From positions 12,577 through 76,576 of the forward strand of contig JBDROZ010000039.1 of the NCBI GenBank assembly GCA_043809585.1: 64,000 nucleotides of DNA, in the 5' to 3' direction. Shown in pieces: positions 60,286-64,000 of this stretch. The notes beneath the pieces were generated by a model, which saw only the letters and a program-made list of their open reading frames with translations, was not told the origin of the DNA and searched no databases. How positions within the stretch are numbered: the stretch's first letter is position 1; every line of letters starts with the position of its first letter. The translations under genes were made by a program, and so were the position numbers. The stretch is from Candidatus Eiseniibacteriota bacterium. GTDB taxonomy: Bacteria > Orphanbacterota > Orphanbacteria > Orphanbacterales > Orphanbacteraceae.

Positions 60286-61074
60286 TCAGTAACCTTCCAC
60301 CGAGAGGACCCGGGTCACCTCACCGATGCGGTACTCGATCAAACCCTTCTCCTCCTGGAGCAGCAGCCCCCCCTTGGGGCCGATGCCGACCGCCCGGCCG
60401 CGCACCGTCTCCCTCCCCAGGTCGAGGGTGACCGGCCTCCCGACCAGATCGGAGAGTTCCTCCGCCTCCCGCCGGAGCGGTTCGAAGCCCTCGGCCGCGA
60501 GCCGGTCCACGGCCCTCTCGAGACGGCCGAGAATCGACGCGAGAAGGGGCTCCCGGACCCAGGTCCGGCCCGTGATCGTCCGGAGAGAGGCCCCGCCCGG
60601 GGGGAGTTCCTCGGCGGTCTGGTTCACGTTGAGGCCGACGCCGATCACCAGGTTCCCCTCGGCGGGACGGTACTCGGAAAGGATGCCGCACACCTTCCGC
60701 TCCCCCGAGTAGAGATCGTTCGGCCAGCGGACCCGGAGCGGGGGCCCACCCCGCTCTTCCACCCCCCGGACCACGGCGACTCCCGCGGCGAGATTCGCGA
60801 GGGAGGCCGATTCCGCGTCCCCCCCGGGCCGGAGGAGCACCGAAAAAAGAAGAGCCCGGTAGGGAGGGGCGGTCCACTCCCGGCCTCGACGCCCCCGCCC
60901 CTCGGTCTGTTCCTCCGCCACGGCCACCGTTCCCGGCGCCCCGCCGCCCCCCCGGAGCAGAAGATCATTCGTCGACGTCGTGGACCGGTACGCCCGGAGG
61001 TCCCGGCCGATCCATGCGGTCCGGAGCGCGCCCTTCACGGCGTCCGGATCGAACGCCCCCGCCTCGAGGTTCAC
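60286..61074 (-). CDS. birA: Biotin--[acetyl-CoA-carboxylase] ligase (group I, no HTH domain)
   Basis: 262 aa. …EEQTEGRGRRGREW… and …KVCGILSE… BPL motifs. Confidence 0.8.
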   Translation of the reverse strand: MNLEAGAFDPDAVKGALRTAWIGRDLRAYRSTTSTNDLLLRGGGGAPGTVAVAEEQTEGRGRRGREWTAPPYRALLFSVLLRPGGDAESASLANLAAGVAVVRGVEERGGPPLRVRWPNDLYSGERKVCGILSEYRPAEGNLVIGVGLNVNQTAEELPPGGASLRTITGRTWVREPLLASILGRLERAVDRLAAEGFEPLRREAEELSDLVGRPVTLDLGRETVRGRAVGIGPKGGLLLQEEKGLIEYRIGEVTRVLSVEGY

Positions 61075-61940
61075 GGCTCCATCCGGAAGAGGAAGGAGAC
61101 GTCCGCCGCCGGCGCGGAGTGGGTGAGGGCGCCGACGGAGATGCCGGAGACGCCGAGACGGCCCGCCTTCGCCGCCTTCTCCAAAGTGACGCCGCCGGAG
61201 AGTTCGACGTAGGGGGGCCTCTCCTCCCTTCGCACCCGGTTCATGGCGCTCTCGATGGCGGGGAGATCGAAATTGTCGAGCATCACCCTCTCCACGGCGA
61301 GACCGAGGGCTTCCTCCAGCTCCGTCTCGTTCTCCACCTCCACCTCGATGGGGGTCCCGGGAAACCTCTTCCGGACTCCGTTCACTGCGGAGGTGATTCC
61401 TCCCGCCACGGCGATATGGTTCTCTTTAATGAGGGCGAGGGCGGAGCGATCCATGCGGTGGTTCACGCCCCCCCCCGCCCGGACCGCCCCCTTCTCGAGC
61501 AGGCGAAGCCCGGGCGTCGTCTTCCGGGTGTCGAGGATCTCGACCCCCGTCCCCTCCACGGCGCGGACGAAGGCGGCGGTGAGCGTCGCGACGCCGGAGA
61601 GACGCATGAGAAAGTTGAGGGCGGCCCGCTCCCCCCGGAGAAGGGTGTCCGCCGGTCCCTTCAGGACGCACACCGCCTCGCCCGCCGCGACCTCCTCTCC
61701 TTCCCTCTTCGACCACCGGACCTCGACCCCTCCGCCGAGGGCCCGGAAAGTCTCGTCGAAGGGGCGGGTCCCGGCGAGCACCCCCTCCTTCCGGAAGAAC
61801 ACGCGCCCCGACGCCCTCCGCCCCGGCGGGACCACGGATCGGGTCGTCACGTCTTCGTCCGCCCGGTCCTCGTCGAGGGCGAGCCGCACGGCGCTCCGTA
61901 CCGCCTCCTGATACGCGTCGTTCCCGAATTCATCCATCAT
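61071..61940 (-). CDS. nadC: Nicotinate-nucleotide pyrophosphorylase [carboxylating] (quinolinate phosphoribosyltransferase)
   Basis: 289 aa. …LDTRKTTPGLRLLEKGAVRAGGGVNHR… …MLDNF…. Confidence 0.9.
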   Translation of the reverse strand: MMDEFGNDAYQEAVRSAVRLALDEDRADEDVTTRSVVPPGRRASGRVFFRKEGVLAGTRPFDETFRALGGGVEVRWSKREGEEVAAGEAVCVLKGPADTLLRGERAALNFLMRLSGVATLTAAFVRAVEGTGVEILDTRKTTPGLRLLEKGAVRAGGGVNHRMDRSALALIKENHIAVAGGITSAVNGVRKRFPGTPIEVEVENETELEEALGLAVERVMLDNFDLPAIESAMNRVRREERPPYVELSGGVTLEKAAKAGRLGVSGISVGALTHSAPAADVSFLFRMEP

Positions 61941-61949
61941 GTGTCCAGT

Positions 61950-63839
61950 CTAGCGGGATCCGCCGCGCCGTTCCATTCGTTCCAGATTGGCGCGGGCCTC
62001 CGGGTGGTTCGGATCGATGCGGAGGGCCCGCCGGAAGGCTTCGGCCGCCTCCTCCCCGCGCCCCATGGAGAGGCGGAGGACCCCGATCCCGTTCCATATG
62101 TGAGGGGAACGGAAATGCTCCGCCTCGGTGAGGAGATCTTGTTCGGCCCGCTCCGTTTGTCCCATGGCGTGGAGGGCGCGGGCGTAGCCGAGGACGGCGG
62201 GTTCGCAGTCGTACCATGACTCGAGGACGTAGCGGTACAATTCTCCCGCCTCCCTCGGCTTTCCTTGCGCCAGGAGGAGGTCCGCCATGCGAACGCAGCG
62301 GAACGGATCCTCCCCCGCCCGCTCGAGGCCGAGCCGGAGGAGGGAGTCCGCCTCCGCCCCCAGGCCCGTCGCGGCGAGCAGATCCGCCGCGCCGTCGTAG
62401 GCGGGACCGTAGTCGGGGGCGATCTCCCGGGCCCGCTCGAACGCCTCGAGGGCCTCGACATCTCTCCCCATGGCGCCGAGGGCGACGCCGAGGCCGTACC
62501 ATGCCTCGACCAGCGATGGGTCCTTTCGCAGCGCCTTCTCGTAGCACGCCGCCGCTTCGGCGTTCCGTCCCGCGGCGCGATAGGCGAGACCGAGGTTCAC
62601 GTCCGGCCGGACGAGGCGGGGCGCTTGTCGCGCGGCGTCCTCCCAGAGGTCGATGCTCCGCGCCCAGGTGCGGCTCCGCTCGAAGGTGAGGACGCCGAGA
62701 AGAAGCACGAGGGCGGCGAGAAGAACGCCGCTCCGTCGCCCGGCACGGGCCAGAGCCGCGCCGGCGGCGAGGAAGATCCCGACCGAGGGGAGATAGGCCC
62801 GGTGCTCCATCATCACGTCCCGGATCGGAACGATCGAGGACTCCACCGCGAGGGTGAGGAGGAACCAGACCAGGCCGAAGAGAAGGGCGGGGAATCGGCG
62901 CCGCACGGCCCACGCTCCCGCGAGGAGGGCGAGAATTCCCGCGAGGGGGAGGAGGGCCCGGGAGTCGCCGAGGCCCGCGACGATGGCGACATCGTGGTCC
63001 GCCGTCAACCCGGACGGCCAGAACAGGAGCCGGAGATACCGGAGGATCACGCCGAACTCCGTCGCGAGATAGGAATCCCGCGAGAGGTCGGGCGCCTCTC
63101 GAAAGGCGGCGAGCCGCTCCGCCGGGAGGGTCCGGCCCACGCCTTCCGTCCCGAGGAGGAGCGCGAGCGGGATGAGGGGGAGAAGGACCAGAAAGGGGAG
63201 GGCGAAGCGGAGACGCCTTTCCCGCCCCCGGAAGAGATACGCCTCGAGAAAGAGGATCGCGAAGGGGAGGGTGAAGGCGATCTCCTTCGACCGCATGGCG
63301 AGGTAGGCGGCGATGAAGGCGAAGAGCCCCGCCCGGAGGGAGGACCGCTCCCGGGCGCGAAGGTAGAGCACGCAGGCGAGGAGATAGAAGAAAGTCGCCA
63401 AGGACGTGTAGCGCTGGGCCGTGTAGGCGACCGCCTGGGAGAGGAGCGGGTGGGCGGCGAAGAGGAGGGCCGCCCCCCACGCGGCCGCGAGCGGGCGATC
63501 CTCCCCCCCGAGCCTCCGGAAGAGGCCGAGACCGAGCAGGAAGAGGAGCCCGGCGTTCGCCCCGTGGAGGGCGACGTTCCCGAGCCGGTAACCGAGCGGG
63601 TCGAGCCCCCCCGCCGACCGATTCAGGGCGAACGTGAAGTCGGTCAGCGTGCGGCGCCCGAGGAGGGCCTCGCCGGCCCGGGCGCCGAGATCGTCCAGAC
63701 CGCGATTCGCCTCGATCGCCGGGTGGTCGTCGTAGACCCACTCTCCCCCGATAGAGGGAAAGTAGAAAAGAAAGGGGAGCAGGAGGAGGAGAAGGAGCCT
63801 CATGGCGGCGGGAAGTCCGCCCTCCGGAGAGGCGGTCAC
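61950..63839 (-). CDS. TMTC-like membrane protein: N-terminal multi-TM domain plus C-terminal TPR repeats
   Basis: The track ORF starts at GTG 63839. An in-frame ATG at 63803 gives MRLLLLLLLPFLFYF…. About 11 TM, then TPR repeats (…AYRAAGRNAEAAACYEKALRKDPSLVEAWYGLGVAL…). Confidence 0.75.
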   Translation of the reverse strand: MTASPEGGLPAAMRLLLLLLLPFLFYFPSIGGEWVYDDHPAIEANRGLDDLGARAGEALLGRRTLTDFTFALNRSAGGLDPLGYRLGNVALHGANAGLLFLLGLGLFRRLGGEDRPLAAAWGAALLFAAHPLLSQAVAYTAQRYTSLATFFYLLACVLYLRARERSSLRAGLFAFIAAYLAMRSKEIAFTLPFAILFLEAYLFRGRERRLRFALPFLVLLPLIPLALLLGTEGVGRTLPAERLAAFREAPDLSRDSYLATEFGVILRYLRLLFWPSGLTADHDVAIVAGLGDSRALLPLAGILALLAGAWAVRRRFPALLFGLVWFLLTLAVESSIVPIRDVMMEHRAYLPSVGIFLAAGAALARAGRRSGVLLAALVLLLGVLTFERSRTWARSIDLWEDAARQAPRLVRPDVNLGLAYRAAGRNAEAAACYEKALRKDPSLVEAWYGLGVALGAMGRDVEALEAFERAREIAPDYGPAYDGAADLLAATGLGAEADSLLRLGLERAGEDPFRCVRMADLLLAQGKPREAGELYRYVLESWYDCEPAVLGYARALHAMGQTERAEQDLLTEAEHFRSPHIWNGIGVLRLSMGRGEEAAEAFRRALRIDPNHPEARANLERMERRGGSR

Positions 63840-63842
63840 GGC

Positions 63843-64000
63843 TAGGCGCTCCCCGACCGGATCTCGAAGATCCTGTCCCGGAGGGAGGCGGCCCGCTCGA
63901 ACTCGAGGTCCCTCGCGGCTTCGAGCATCTCCTTCTCGAGGGCGGCGAGGATCTCGTCTACGGTCATGTCGGGGCGTATCCCGGCCCTCGTCTCCTCCGG
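63843..64000 (-). CDS. uvrB: Excinuclease ABC subunit B, 3' end only (UVR domain)
   Basis: Reverse translation ends …MLEAARDLEFERAASLRDRIFEIRSGSA*, the characteristic UvrB C-terminal UVR motif. TAG stop at 63843-63845. Confidence 0.6.

Overview
A 64-kb segment of a high-GC (about 65-70% G+C) bacterial chromosome. Most genes sit on the minus strand in tightly coupled operons.

Core content:
- A complete nuo (complex I) operon on the minus strand, nuoA through the 5' part of nuoN. nuoC and nuoD are fused. NuoG is short (498 aa). nuoH is interrupted by a +1/-1 frame break in a G-run.
- A zinc-ribbon ORF, miaB, mtaB, an FmdB zinc-ribbon gene, nadA and iscA/iscS.
- An operon running M23 peptidase, dnaE, SAM-methyltransferase, queG, def, with ATGA/GTGA start-stop overlaps.
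- ppiD, tatA, a HIT protein and a GlmU-N-like nucleotidyltransferase.
- panC, panB, a deoxynucleoside kinase, folK and an aminotransferase-fold gene whose expected PLP-lysine appears replaced.
- A xanthine-dehydrogenase-family cluster (YgfK-like FeS-flavoprotein plus FAD, 2Fe-2S and Mo subunits).
- A 1158-aa secreted protein with HExxH, a beta-propeller-like region and an Omp85-like beta-barrel; a hotdog thioesterase; a CaCA antiporter; a 3D-domain lipoprotein with an AT-rich leader; coaX, birA, nadC; a TMTC-like TPR membrane protein; and the 3' end of uvrB.

Accessory content (about 38.7-47.5 kb) interrupts the core:
- A lower-GC patch with a hypothetical lipoprotein flanked by three GGGACAT-containing palindromes.
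- DUF72 and flavin-reductase genes.
- A repeat-rich island with a lower-GC Mrr-domain nuclease-like gene bracketed by about 300-bp inverted copies of a composite structured repeat (sub-elements A, B, C), a mazEF toxin-antitoxin pair with a palindromic operator, another hypothetical lipoprotein, and two further tandem copies of the composite repeat.
- The B sub-element (about 170 bp, 14-bp terminal inverted repeats, 4 copies) looks MITE-like.
- A 13-bp tandem repeat (4 copies) abuts the 3' end of the xdh-family gene.

No rRNA, tRNA or CRISPR array was found.
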